A stretch of 58,939 nucleotides of DNA, the filler included, from Asterionella formosa (Eukaryota): assembly GCA_002256025.1 (NCBI GenBank). It is 4 parts of 4 records of this genome, joined end to end, with 100 filler letters (N's around TTAATTAATTAA, not from the genome) between each part and the next. Parts side by side here need not be neighbours in the genome. Positions count along the whole stretch, not along the records: positions 14,772 to 29,433 come from NKIB01005861.1; positions 29,534 to 44,188 come from NKIB01005867.1; 2 more parts are not named here. One strand, 5' to 3'. The position numbers and the translations under genes were made by a program. Below, in pieces: positions 23,228 to 36,399 of the stretch (within the stretch, counting starts at the first letter, position 1; every line of letters begins with the position of its first letter). Below the pieces are notes generated by a model. That model worked only from the letters and a program-made list of their open reading frames with translations. It had not been told where the DNA came from and did not search any database.

Positions 23228-26200
23228 ATGGTTGCTGCTAATTCTTACCGCAAAGCTACTGTGGACGATAGAAAGCGGCCCATCCTCGGCGCTGCAGGCA
23301 CTGTGGCATTCAAGGTTGTTCTTGTTTTGCTTGCTTTCATTGGAAATGTCCAAGCCAGCATTGGTGATTCCGACGAGCAGTCGTGCGGAGTGTACATGGC
23401 CGAAAGTTCTATCAAGAATGCCGGCTGGGGTGTCTTTGCTGGAAGGGACTTTCACCCCGGTGACCGAATGGTGAGACATAAAAGATTTGGTATGGCTGCG
23501 TCCTCGTTATACAAAAATGTACAATCTAATTGATTGCATCTGCAGGGTTCAAAAGGTATCGGAATCCCCGTCGTCGACCCGGAATCCATCAACGACGTTG
23601 GGGCTCTTGCAGGATTTCTCTGGCAAACAGCGACTGTCGGAGCTTTTAACGAAGCGAATAAAGTACAATTGATCCTTCCAGGAATCGCGATGCTGGCTAA
23701 CCATCATCCACAGCTCTCAAACTGTAAGTTGCGGCACTGCTTCCTTGGGATGCCCTTGAGCCGCTGTGACACACGCTGGTATTTAAAATCAACCCTCACA
23801 CTCCTGTTTGGTAGCCTATGAAAGTGGTCTTTCATACAGTCCCGAACTGAGAAGGGACAGAGATCCCATGACCGGTAGCATTACGTCATATCATGGTCTT
23901 GACTTTATTGCAAGTAAGAGCATATCTGCAGGTGACGAACTGTTTCTTGAGTCGAAGCAGGATTGGGTCGGAACATCAGCCCTTCCTCAACATATCCACT
24001 ATACCAGGGCAAAAGAAATTGTTGACGCTCTCGTTATTTACCAAGAAAAACATCCTGATCTCAGCGAAGAGCAGTGGATCGACTTATTGTATCGCATGCG
24101 AACTGAACTGATCAACGGTGAGCCTATTGCAGCCAGTCTACTTCCCAAAAACTTACATTTCTTGATGAAGGCAAAGGAGGCTACAATTGGTAAGATGGAT
24201 CTAATAGACCGAAGCTTGAGATGGCTGAAAGAAAATGGAAAGTGTCTCGACAATATTAAAGAAGGAGTGAGCACCCTAGCCGGATCTGGACGTGGAGCTT
24301 TCGCGACCAGATTCCTGAAAAATGGAACAGTTGTTTCCCCTGCTCCCTTGATGCAAATCATGAATAAATCATCCCTACAGATTAAATCGGAGACTAATTC
24401 AACTCAGCAATTACTGCTAAACTACTGCTTCGGTCATCGACAATCACAAGTTCTGCTCTGTCCAACGACGCAAGCTGCATTGATTAATCACAACTCAGAA
24501 GGCGCGAACGTTGAAATCCGATGGGCAGCAGCATCAACAAACAGGATCAACGCCAATGTAGAAAATCGCCTTGAAGGTCTTGAAGAGATGAAAGTTGATA
24601 ACCGTCACCATGAATTCATGAATTCGAGGCTGTCATTCGATTTTGTCGCAACTAAAGATATTCAACCAGGCGACGAAATATTTTTGAACTACGGTAAGGA
24701 ATGGGAGGACGCGTTATTGGCACACATTAATAAATGGAAACGACCTGAATCATGGCGCACGTACATACCATCAAGTATTCTAAACGAAAGAAACGAAACT
24801 ATCATGCTGTCCGATGACCCAAGAATGATGATTCAGCATAGCTATGAATGCAAAATCGAGCCTTTCGCAACCGAGGAGCGAGTGAGTGACGAGGAAGAAT
24901 ACCGGTCTAATCCATCGGTGTTCTTCGAGAACTTGAGTGATCATATGAAGCTTCTAATAAGGGACAACAAGTTTTTGGTTTGGTACCCTTGTGAAGTTCT
25001 TGAAATCGACGAATCAGGGACCGCCTATAAGATCCTTGTCTATTCAAAAGTCCTTCAAGAGCGTAAAGTCATCAGAAAGCTTCGTGGGGTCCCGAGATCA
25101 GCAATCCGTTTTTCTGACCACTCATATCATTCAGATCAACATCTCGTATCTTCCTTTCGACATTACATTCCTATCCCTGACTCAATGTTTCCTCTCCGAT
25201 GGAGAATGGATTATAATTCGGCTTCCCAGCTTCATCTTGGTACAACGAATGCTGGTGTGGACGTTGAATTGAAGGAAAATGCGCACCTCATCGAAGAATA
25301 CGAAAAAAATCTTCGTGCTGCAAAATGCGGAATATACTTCGCCCCGAGTAATATCCCACATGCTGGTTTTGGTACATACACGGCCGTGCCCCTAAGCGGA
25401 AGAGGTCTTATTATTGGAACCGAGCTTCCAGCTGTTGTTTTCCCTAAACTCAACGGTTTTTGGGACGGTGGTGATTATATTTGGGGGGCAAGGTCGTACC
25501 GCTGCGAATACGAAACAGATTGGAAAGAAATCTCTACTGTAGTGCTCGCTGTCAATGATGGTGCGCTTGCAAATTTTCATCCCGGCTTGGTCAATGAGTT
25601 TCTTGTCCCTTCAAAATGGGATCCCATATTGGATCGATGCACAGATAGCGGAGCTGGGGCCTTTTCAGACTACGTCCACTACTCGTTCAAGTCCGCTTTC
25701 CAACTTGACGCAGGCGAGGAACTCTTTGTATCATATGGTAAGTCAGTTCTTCAATTCTTCCAATCTATTTCAATTGGATTGCTGTTCTCATACTATCGAT
25801 CATTTACAATCGCCTTTTCAGGTGAGCAGTGGTAAGTTCACTCATTTGCTTAGAAAAGCAGCTATTGTTCCAGTTGTCAACAATTAATCTCGTCTCTCCC
25901 TTTAGGTTCATGACTAGACCGGCATTTGCTGATCTAGCAATGTCCGAACATTTTTCACAGGCAAACAACATTATTGCATCTATTTGGTCCATGATTTCCA
26001 TTCCGAATGTGGGTATAACCGGAATCCAGGGAGAGGACTTGTTGGAACTAGCTAAGCTTAGCGTTGTTAAGGAGCACCGAACCAAAATGGCGCTGCGTAG
26101 TGTCCGAACAATTGAAGATATTGCACACGCAGTGAATCGAAATGGCACTGCTCAATTCACCGTGCAGCCGAGGTCTCTAGAATGGTTCGAAGAACACGGT

Positions 26201-27484
26201 GAGTAAAACTGATAGTTTCGTCATTGCCCTATTGTTAAGTGTCTCACCGACGAAACAGGGCAATGCATTGATCACATTTATGTCAAGGACAGCACCATTC
26301 GTCAGGCAGGCAAAGGGGCATTTTCCAGGTAAATCGGTATGACATGAGGTGCATTAATTTTCTTGGATGAATTTCGCTAAAAAAATTGGTGTTCACATCA
26401 ACGGACAGGAGACTCCTCGATGAGGGATCAACGATTATTTCAGCACCACTTATAACAACTTGGGGTCAGCACATGTTTGAAATCAATACTACAGGAGTCC
26501 ATTTTCCGGGCATCGAAGATATCAATAATATATCACTTTTCCTTAATTATCAATTCAGCCACCCTGACTCAAGTGTTTTCTTTTTTCCAATAAATCAAGT
26601 CATCGCAATTAATCACAACAGTGACAGAAGCAAGGGAGGTGTCGAGCCAAACGCTCAGATTCGATGGGCAACATGGAACCGGAAGAGCACTTATTTTCTT
26701 GAACGACCAATACAAGATTTAAAAAATGTAAGTTGACTGAGGAGCAACTTACTTCTAAACGATGATGAAAAGAACTCAAATTTCAGCTAACTAAAATCAT
26801 GGCATTACTTCTCAGGAGCATTACAGCACGATGGTTTTAGATGTTGTGGCAACTCGAGACATACAAGTGGATGAAGAAATATTTATTGACTACGGTGAAG
26901 AATGGGAAACGGCTTGGAACCAACATGTGCACAACTATGGAAACACGTGCCAATCAAAGTCGAATACAAAGACATCAAAAACAATTGCATCCATGAATAT
27001 TGACAAGTTCAATCCAGACCACCATGCATGGAGTGACGATCACTTTACGGTATGCAAAAACTACAATATAATTGATACTGACACGTTCTTGATTGTCGCA
27101 GATATGAAAGAAGCTCATCGTTATCCTGAAACCATTGGTGGCTTCACGCTGCCAACACTGGATTCCTTCGCTTCGATCACTTGGGATCACATTGGTTTCA
27201 ATCTGACAACCGACGACGCTTTTTCTGATAGAAAGCCTTGCCTAATTGTCACTGTGCGTAGTGAGCCCATAGCAGTGTTCGACGTTGTGTATTTTTTGAC
27301 CTCCGATGTGACTCCACAAGCTGGGAAGCTCTTTCGTGTGGTTAATCTACCCGCCACCGACCTGGAGTTCATCCCCATGCCATTTCGATCTGACACCTTT
27401 TACAAAGGTTCATTTCGCCATGCCATCAAAATTCCTGATGATGTTTTCCCTCGGCACTGGAAAGATGCACCCAAGGAAGTTTAA
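23228..27484 (+). CDS. Secreted or signal-anchored multi-SET-domain protein (four SET-like modules), paralogue B; spliced, ~7 introns
   Basis: Hydrophobic leader VAFKVVLVLLAFIGNVQA, then the same four modules as paralogue A (SSIKNAGWGVFA, STLAGSGRGAFA, SNIPHAGFGTYT, STIRQAGKGAFS; GDELF, GDEIFLNYG, GEELFVSYG, DEEIFIDYG). GT donors at 23471, 23725, 25738, 25832, 26199, 26329 and 26728. Confidence 0.88.
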
Positions 27485-27827
27485 TGAAATGGATTGGCCT
27501 TGTTGACCAAACGGTACACTTGACCTGCGCTGTATATGTTGTACGCCGGACAGAGGTACATGGATGTATCAGCAGCCATTTTGTTGTACTCCCCTACTAT
27601 CATGCTGTGAACATATTTCGGCTTCGGTGGATACTGTGCAAATTTAGGAAATCGACCTTACCCGTGTCGGATCTGTTTCGCCGTGCGGCCCTTACTAACC
27701 CAAATTTATCAACATAGTATACCACTTTACTCGCTAGTTTGACTTTATAATATTTAAGCGCCACTGTCCTTTTCCACAGTTCTAACGAATTCAATTAACC
27801 TGTTGGCTAAATTACTCACCCAAACGC

Positions 27828-29234
27828 TTATGCTTCATTTGGATCTGACGTGTAGATATCAACAAATTCAACGCCTTCGAACTTGACATCTTTGTCATAT
27901 CGTACTTCATCCATCAAAACCTCCCCCGTCATGACATCAAACACTATGAAATAAGAGCGTTGCTTACAAACGTCCGCTTCCCCTCCGACACAATCCTCTT
28001 CCACAGTTCTTACTGCGAGTGCATGGCGGTCTCCGGTACCAGGAACGAAGGCAAATGTACTGAACCCGTGCAAAGGGTCCATTTCCTTCATTCCAATCTC
28101 CACAACCTTGGTTTCTGAAAAGTCCTCATCTACTAGCACCAACTTATTGGATCCCATCTTTTCATCTGCAACCTCATCATATGCCTCTGATGAAATCCTT
28201 CTAGGCAAAAAGACCCATTTCTTCATGGCTGGGCTCCATAAGACAGCTTCATGGATGATATATCCAGGTGCAGACGCCCCCAAGGCCGCTCTGACGACAT
28301 TGTATTGTTTAGTCCAATCGACGCGAGTCAATTCACCCCGTGTCGTTAGGATGGCAACCCACAAATTGTTGGTATTGGCAATGCTTCCATCTGGATTCGT
28401 ATATTCTTTTCCCATGCTTCCCATATAGAGTTCGTTCCCCTTCACAGTTGCCCACTCCCACTTCATACCCTTGTCAGTGTCACCCGACCCTTCAGTAATA
28501 ACAAATCTAGGAACGACGAAGGATTCAGTCCCATGTTTGATATTGAGTATTTCGAAAATAGATCCAGTGCGATCGTCAAAGGTGAGTAGACGGTTTTGAA
28601 AGACAGTCAGTTCGGAAAGTTCCATTCCTCGCCCCGCTTCATTATGCTGGGAGAAGAGCGTTCGTGTTGGATCAAATTGAATGGTGTATTTGCTAGTATT
28701 GTCACGCCTGATGATACCAGGCAATAAGATGGAGCGAAAGGTAGGTTTCTTGGCATCTGCAACCTTGGAGAGTTGGTCCATGTCTGTCACTGTAGCAAAT
28801 CGAAATGAATCTTCTGGAAGAATGGCATCGGCCGACTTGAAGTATCCTGCGCTGGTTGCACCTCCAAAGTGCACGGAGGACGAGGAGCGTCCACTAAGGG
28901 GCAAGTGATATACATGATAGGTGAGTAAATGCTGCTGTGCAGGAGCGGCGACGAAGTGCCAATTTGAAGAAACGAGCACGTTCAAATACGAGCCTGTCGC
29001 AACACAGCAGGAGCCTCCACAGCAGCTCACTTACAATGACCCCCTGAGACCACCAGATTTCCCACCGCCCGCTGTACTTCCGTGCTGTACAACGTCCAAA
29101 CTGAAAATCAGAACAAAGCCAAGGAAGCAAATGGTTGCAATCACCGCCTTGCTATTTTGACGAATGATAAAATTGCCCTTGGCCAAGAATCCGTTGGTCC
29201 TAGGATATGCCATGGATTCTGATCGCTGCAACAT
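27828..29234 (-). CDS. CANT1: Calcium-activated nucleotidase (apyrase), type II membrane protein; 2 exons (29234-29035, 28893-27828)
   Basis: Motifs VTDMDQLS, GRGMELSEL, FDDRTG, GMKWEWATVK, GSMGKE, GYIIHEAV, FLPRR, HGFS and KFEGVEF. A GTAAGT...TAG intron (29034-28894) joins an exon carrying the TM segment AVIATICFLGFVLIFSL in frame. Confidence 0.92.
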
Positions 29235-29433
29235 AGCTTCTTGTGATGAGAGAAACAGCAGTCTTCGAGGCGGGAATGACGATCCAAGCGCTTGCTTCTT
29301 CTTTCTTTTCCGGCGTAGTAGGATGCTCTTGTTGCTTGGGCCGTCTGTAGGTGGCAAAATGGTGGGCAACCCGGGTCACGTCACGCCAAAGCCGTCTTTG
29401 TGTTGTGCGCTGTGCTGTGCTGTACTGTACTGT

Positions 29434-29533
29434 NNNNNNNNNNNNNNNNNNNNNNNNNNNNNNNNNNNNNNNNNNNNTTAATTAATTAANNNNNNNNNNN
29501 NNNNNNNNNNNNNNNNNNNNNNNNNNNNNNNNN
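29434..29533. other. Artificial contig spacer
   Basis: 44 N + TTAATTAATTAA + 44 N. Confidence 0.97.
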
Positions 29534-30929
29534 ATTCACGGTTGTACCAAACCTTACCCAAATTGGGAAAATCTCCTACCATGTTGGAGTCCTGGTAGCC
29601 CCCATTTGTGAGCGCCCTGAGTACGTAAGGGCTACGCCGGATGTTGCTGAGCATGTCGGCATTCTTGAACACGGAGATTGTCGACTGCGAGTCGAGAAGG
29701 ATCCACTTGGGATCAATCCCAGGGTCGCCGGTCTGTGCAAGCATGTATGCATACTGCGTCAATGTAGTGCCTGAGGTCGTCGATCCCTGCCTGTCAGGGC
29801 AGTCTCCCGCGTAGTGTCCTAGGCTCTGGCAGTTGTAACAGATGATGCCATCATGTAACACTCCATTGTTTCCTGCGATTTCGCCACGTTGCGCAAACGT
29901 CATTGCACTGGCCTCAGGGCTTCCAGTCGGCTGGGAGCGTGGTGTGTCTGTCCTGACGCTGGTGTTCGTTGGAGTTCTGTAGTTGACGAGAAGGCTTTGG
30001 GCTGACAATAAATCGGTGGGGTACTGATCAATTCCCATTGCATACTGGTTCGACAGGTCAGTAATGAGGGTGCCATACCTGGTGGGGTCAGCACTTCGAA
30101 TCAAAGCGATTGCAAGGGTGCGTTCGCGTGCGATCTCCTTTCGCTCTTCAGTGCTACGCCCATTCCCGTCCTGATCCTGGAAGGGTACCAGTTTGTAATT
30201 TGCTGCCACGGTGCCACCATGGTACTCGATGGTCTCAGCCCATCCTCGCAAACACTCGACGTAGTCTTCTGCAGACTGTCCTTGTAACTGACGACAATTG
30301 AGGAAGCTGGTCTGGGCGTCCAAAAGTGCAATGAAACCATTCCTGCTCTGATCGAACTGTAGAGTAATCGACTTGATCTGTTTTAGAAGCCAAAAACAAT
30401 CGTTGTTGAGAGTCTTGTCCTTGTAGTCATCGTGCGTTTTGATCTTTGCCTTCATGTCATCACTACACTGGCCCCAAATCACCGCATACACTGTTGCTAG
30501 GTTGCTCTTCAGGGTATGATTGCGCTTGACATACGTTTTTACTTCTTCTGCGAAAATCATTTTCATGGTCAGTCCTGCATCGTCATCTAGGTCATCTGGC
30601 ATGTCTACCATGGGAACCGCCATGGTGTCGGCAAACAAAGGGGCAAGGTCTTCAGAGTACTTCAGTGTTTTCCTCACATATCCGTCTAGAACTTCTAACG
30701 TTTTGGCGTACTGGCGTCTGTCGCTTTGTTCTTCATAGCATTCAAATACGTTTCCGTTCATGCCCTCTGTGCTGCCCTTAAAAATGCCACGGTTGTTGCT
30801 TGTCGCTTGTGTCCTTGCCCGGCCGCCACGGCTCCCGCGCGGACGGTTGTCCCTTCGCCCTCTCCCACCGGTGCTGCCGCGTCCACTCGCTAAGCTGCCG
30901 CTTGTCGTTGCGTCTGGGGTGGCGCTCAT
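29534..30929 (-). mobile_element. Ty1/Copia (CoDi-like) gag-protease ORF, uninterrupted up to the contig end
   Basis: Gag motifs VIWGQCS and NQYAMGIDQYP, zinc knuckle CYNCQSLGHYAGDC and protease WILLDSQST. No stop in ~465 codons. Confidence 0.9.
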
Positions 30930-31019
30930 GGGGTTTGTTGGTTCCTTGATTGGTGGCTGCGGCCTTCAGCTGCGCTACTCGAATCTATAAAGTGTTCAAA
31001 AAACTTGATTAGATTAAAA

Positions 31020-31428
31020 TGTTGAAACTCCAGCCTTCCATGTGAATGGCTGTTCCTTTTGTTTTATTTTATCTCGAAACAATGTTGTAACAACTACCGT
31101 ATTCGACCGTATCGTAGGCCTTGAACCTAGTACTGTGTTAATCGAATACAGTTGATGAAATTGATAGCAACGAGGAAGTTGTCAAACTTAAACTTTACTA
31201 ACTGGATTGTTTCGAGATAATGGTCTCGAAACACTCTTATTACTCACACTGCATTTTAACATTTTTTCTTGACCTCTGATTGCTTTTCCTTGCGTGGTGC
31301 CTTTTACCACGTCAGCCCAGGTAACTCTTGGTAGCGGCTGTACGGTTTTAACTGTAGTACTGTACTCTCTCGTGTCTACTATACCCTTCACGCCTGTCCT
31401 GTGGCAGTCAGCTCGAATTTTTCCAACA
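31020..31428 (-). repeat. Probable 5' LTR of the Copia element (~409 bp)
   Basis: Bounded by TGTTG...CAACA inverted termini and located ~90 nt upstream of the gag ATG. The partner LTR is not in the window. Confidence 0.6.
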
Positions 31429-32723
31429 TACGGTGTGTAAAATCAATGAATATGTGAACGATATAATTCAACATTTCAGGTCTAGTAAAAATAATACCGA
31501 GTCTACAGAGATAATGTTATAACGTGTTCAAAGTAAGCGTTAAAGCATGCATGGTTGTTTTTAGTACCACGTACGTATGTAGACTAGATCACTGCCGGTA
31601 CCGGTAGAATATCCGTTAAGCATCATTACATACATGACCGGAGCAAAAACTTGCCACCAACATCAGATGTATCGATATATCATTGTTCGTCCGACGAAAT
31701 ATGGACGATGCGACTACATGAATACCTCGAGAAGACAAGCAATCCAACAATCAAACGCATCTGTTAGGCAAAGAATCGCTACTGGCGTCATCGCGGAACT
31801 GATTTCGCGTCAAACCGGTCATGATGGACGACAATTGGCATGGTGAAAGGTGAATTGCCGGAGTCCACTTTGCAGGAGACGAACGAAAACAAGGTGAATT
31901 CTAGATATAAATTATTAAAATCTGAATAGTATATAAAATGGTTGCCTTAAGTAGACGCCTTGCCGATTTCGGCAATCCCAGGGCTGGAAAACCGAGGGGC
32001 AATTGGCGTCTGTTGTCTTGCCAAAATGCGAACATATGAAATATATAAAATATATTTTAATGATGGGCAATATCGGACCTTTGGCAATTTTCGAGGTGAA
32101 GATAGGAAATATGCAAAATATATTTGATATGATGGGCAATAGTAGGCAAAAATTGACATTTATGCTAAATTTGTGGGCAGTAGGTAAGCGAGTGACGCGA
32201 CGATAGCTAGAGCGAGAATTGCCTCAACGATACCCTTCTCGGCGGCTACTTGCCTTCTCGTATCCCGGCGCCACTCGTACGGTCAACCTACTCGCGCCAC
32301 CCAGCCTCGAACACATGTATACTCGCAGGCAAGAGACCACCTCGGGGGTGTACTGCCTTCAGCAGTAAAGTAACGAAAGTATGAGTGGTGTACATATGAT
32401 TAAAATCTCATTGCCGGTTATAGAACCGTTACCATGGAATATCATAAGATGATGTCAAAATTGGATATTTGGTTTTGAATCAAGTACAACCATCACTTCC
32501 AGTCTATGAAATACAGCTCACAATTTCTAATAAATACTTTAGGAATTAGTCGTCATTACAAACCTTCCGCCTCTACAGGTTACTAGAACAACCTCAAGAG
32601 TCTACTTCATCCTGCATCATTGCAAGAGCTGTAGACAGTAATATTCATCTATTACAAGTGGTTATGAGCTCAACATTATAAGAGAATAAATAAAGCTTCC
32701 ATCAGATTACAAGATCAACGACC

Positions 32724-35340
32724 ATGTCTAATCCAGTAAATATGGCATCTTCATTGGAGGTCCTCAACTTGATGACACTTACCACCTTCTACCAAACCGA
32801 AGCGCTTATCGATTCTCGACGCAACATCGTCATGGAAAACGATTACTTCCATTGAACAGAAGCGCAGAGATGCACGCGATTCTGTAACCACCGTCAAGTT
32901 CAATGGACAACTTGAAGCAACTGCTGGACTGTCTACTGAGATAGGAAAAGAAAAATTCATCAGTATGTTGAAAGAAAAGGTGAAAGAGCATGGCCAACAA
33001 ACCTTCTATGCAATCAAAGACAATGATGGAACAGTCGTTGACCTATTCAAACACTCTCATCGCTTCAAATTTGTCACTGTTGTGGATGATTTTGCTCGCT
33101 GCGCAGATACAACCAATGTTGACTTCGAAGCATTTGATCAGTATGAGTTAGAAGTTGTTGAATTGTCACGCATGCTCGTGTTTTCTCTAATTACCTCGAC
33201 CTTCCGTAAGAAAATGGAAATCAGATTTGACCATCGAGTCGATTTTGAGTACCTCTCCAGTGCTTGTCTATTCATGATGGCCTCAGAAACCTGCAATGCA
33301 TCTGTCGCCCATGATGTCAAAGGGGCACGCAACCAACTTGATGGCCTCACTCTTGACTCCTATCCGGGTGAAAATGTGACGGATTTTACCGCTGAAGCAC
33401 AAAATCTTATCAAAATCATGCAAGGTGACTACGCATTGCCTGTCAATACTGGTTCCAAATTGATTCAGAAGGTCACAAAAACTTCGTGTTAGTACTTCAA
33501 TCGTAAAATGTACACCCTCCTTGATGAAGTCAAAACACTTGAGGATGAGTACAAACTGTCCGATCCTAAGACACTCACCAAGGACCCAAAATACGCCAAG
33601 TTTGGCCCACTGGAAGTCATTGCAATTTTGCAAGCTGCTCATGGAGCTCTTCTATCTGATCTTGATTGGCCTGCTCTGGCAACTAAACTCCCAGAAGCCG
33701 ATCTCTCGATGAACACCAGTGCAAACACCCGCACCTGCTATCGCTGTGGAAGTGGTGATCATCTCTCTTGCGACTGTCCCCGACCTCCTGCTGGCGTATC
33801 CAACACTCGTAAACATTCTGCTGCTCTGGCTAATTGTTAATACATCAAGCCAGCTAACCTTACTACAACCAAAACTGATGACCTTGGACGAGTTTGGAAA
33901 TTCTGCACAAAGTGTAAGTGTCGGGGGGCCACCAACAAGATTGGGTATTATCAGTTTTGTCACTTGGACTCGGCTCACCTTGATAACTATCGTGCCCGTC
34001 AGCGAGCTGCTGCAACCAATCAACCTGCCAGCTCCGTTTTGGACACCACCAATGGTCCCACATCGCACGAAACTGCTCCACCAGACACTCCACAGAGTAA
34101 TTTTTCAGCAGTTGCCAGCCCTAACAACCCCATTCCTGCTGGTCCTTCTGATATCACTACCCCTACTCCTTCCACGACTGCCACTGAGGAACCACTCGAC
34201 GATATGACCTTTACTGGGGCATGGTGTGCTCCTGCTATCCATCCACTTGATGTCGACGTGTCTGTTCGCGGATACACTCCTACTCCAACTACCTTCAGAA
34301 AGAGTGAAACAAACGTGAACACTTCTGTCATTGAGAGGAGGGAGAATAAAGAAAACATTGTGTGTGAGACACATGCAAATCTGGAGTGCAACAACAATGA
34401 TATTGCTGGGGAGGACCTGAAACTGCCAAGTGACTTGGCCCAGTCAACATACCATATCATGAAAATCCTATTTTGGTCTAGTGCAATATTCTGGGATACA
34501 GTGGCATAATTTATCCTTTCTTCCCCATCTGATACTCCTGCTCGCACACTTCGCTGATGCAAACAGAAGAATATTCCTGTACCTTTCATTTTTGGACCAG
34601 TGTCATGGATGCTATTGACACATTCCATTCTACTTTTGCCTGGGATAATTTATAGTCACAAGAATCTCCCAACCTTCCACACTGTCAAGGATCTTGTCAA
34701 CACTCAATCGGATGCTACGCATGACAGAATCACACAACTTGAAACGATGATTGACCTTGATTGGACAGCTCTTTAGAACTTCAACCACATAAAATGGAAA
34801 AGTATTCACAATGATGTCAACCCATGTGTTCTTGAATCCACATCTGTGAAAGCCTCAACACCTAAGACACCATATGATCCAGTTCACTTTCATGACCTCT
34901 GTGCTACCCGCCACTATGTTGACTGCATATATGACTCGAATGCAACTGTGTTAGCAAATACCAAGGAGGATCCAACATGCAACCACTCAACGACTCAAGT
35001 TATAATGTTCTTACCGATATCGATATCTTAGCATATGACCCGTACTCTTTGTTCACAATGGCAAACACAACGTCAGCAGCAAACTTCGATACAGGAGCAT
35101 CATTGGGAATTACACACGACATACAAGACTTTGATGGACCACTTACGATTCCAGACTGTGATCTTCGACTTGGGGGTATGGCCAACGGATTGAAAATAGC
35201 GGGAGTTGGACCAGTTACATGGACATTCAGCAACAAAGATGGCACAGAAGTGCAGATTCGCAGTCAATGCTACTATGTCCCTCAATCGAAAATGAGACTG
35301 ATTAATCCACAACGTCTGTTCAATAAAGAAAAAGGAGGAA
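32724..35340 (+). mobile_element. Degenerate Ty1/Copia gag-protease (second family)
   Basis: Preceded by ...ATTACA-AGTGGTTATGAGC (LTR end / PBS-like, ~32650-32669). Contains YPGENV, zinc knuckle CYRCGSGDHLSCDC, WKFCTKC, protease FDTGAS and YYVP...LINPQRL. There are in-frame stops at 33490 and 33838 plus frameshifts. Confidence 0.8.
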
Positions 35341-35479
35341 GTGGATGTGAGCTAAATGGCTGCTACAGGATAAAAGTAGAAGTTAGGAGTTGTTGCCAGT
35401 TGGCAACAGTCGAGTTGGAGAGATGGGAAATTATTAACAGTAAAAATGGTAAGCAACAGCAATGTGCTTGGTATAGGGA

Positions 35480-36110
35480 GTGGTCTTTTATGGAAGATTG
35501 GCTTGGGAAAGACATGCACTGTTGTCTTCATAAATGGTAGAGTGAGAAGTAACAGCAATGGGGCCAGCCACCATGTGAAGTGCAGTGGAAGCCTCAGTAA
35601 TGATGTGGCAAAGGGGAATGAGATCACGGCAGCTCGTGGAGAGCGCCTGGTATTCAGCATGCATGGTAGAAAGGGCGATAGTGGTTTGCAGTTTAGAAAC
35701 CAATAAAATATAACAGCCAGCAAGAGTAATGACATAACCAGTGCGGGATTTGGCGCAAATGGGATCATTCGAGTTTTCGGTTCCAAAAAGACCAGCAAAG
35801 TCACTATTGACAAGACAGTTGATTTTAAACTCCGATGTAGGTGTAAAAATGATACCCTCATGTAGAGTACGACACAAAAACCGCAAATTTTCTTAAGAGC
35901 CACTTCATATGTGGCACAAGAACAGTGAGAAAATCGAGCACACTGCTGCACAGCGAAGGCAATGTCTGGGTGAGAGTGTTTTGATAAGTAGAGGGGCATG
36001 GCTACCCGCAACAGAGCAAGCGGTAATAGTTCCATGATTCATGAGAAAGAGGACCATGAGAATCAGTACCTAAAGGTTATTGTGTTGCAGTATTAGGGGA
36101 GGAAGACCCA
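35480..36110 (-). mobile_element. Copia RT C-terminus / RNase H fragment, frameshifted and opposite in orientation to the adjacent gag
   Basis: HPDIAFAVQQCARF, NSDFAG, KSRTGY, SKLQTTIALSTMHAEY, IYEDNSAC. Confidence 0.85.
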
Positions 36111-36399
36111 TGCTGAAGAAGACCAGAAAATGTGACTTTGATGAGAATGACGACCATGTTAAGATTGCTGTATGACAAAAGTATAGTCATGATCATTGGA
36201 CCATGATGCTTAACTTATTATATGTTGCAATGGTATTATAAGTATGATAATATCATCATAATTCAAGCTTGGTGAAAGTTAACGGCATGATCATAACTAT
36301 ATGATACATGGATCATATTTTTGATCCAAAAACTATCATATATGTAAAAATGCTGTTCCACTTAGCATATGATACCTTTGATCCTATATACATAATAGC

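Noticed and set aside
15298..29234. SET genes, kinase and apyrase as a functional gene cluster
   Set aside because: Eukaryotic neighbours in mixed orientation with no evidence of co-regulation; only the SET pair is clearly related, by duplication.
32724..36110. Gag-protease and RT/RNase H as one intact Copia element
   Set aside because: They are on opposite strands, integrase and most of RT are missing, and both are degenerate, so they are separate or rearranged fragments.
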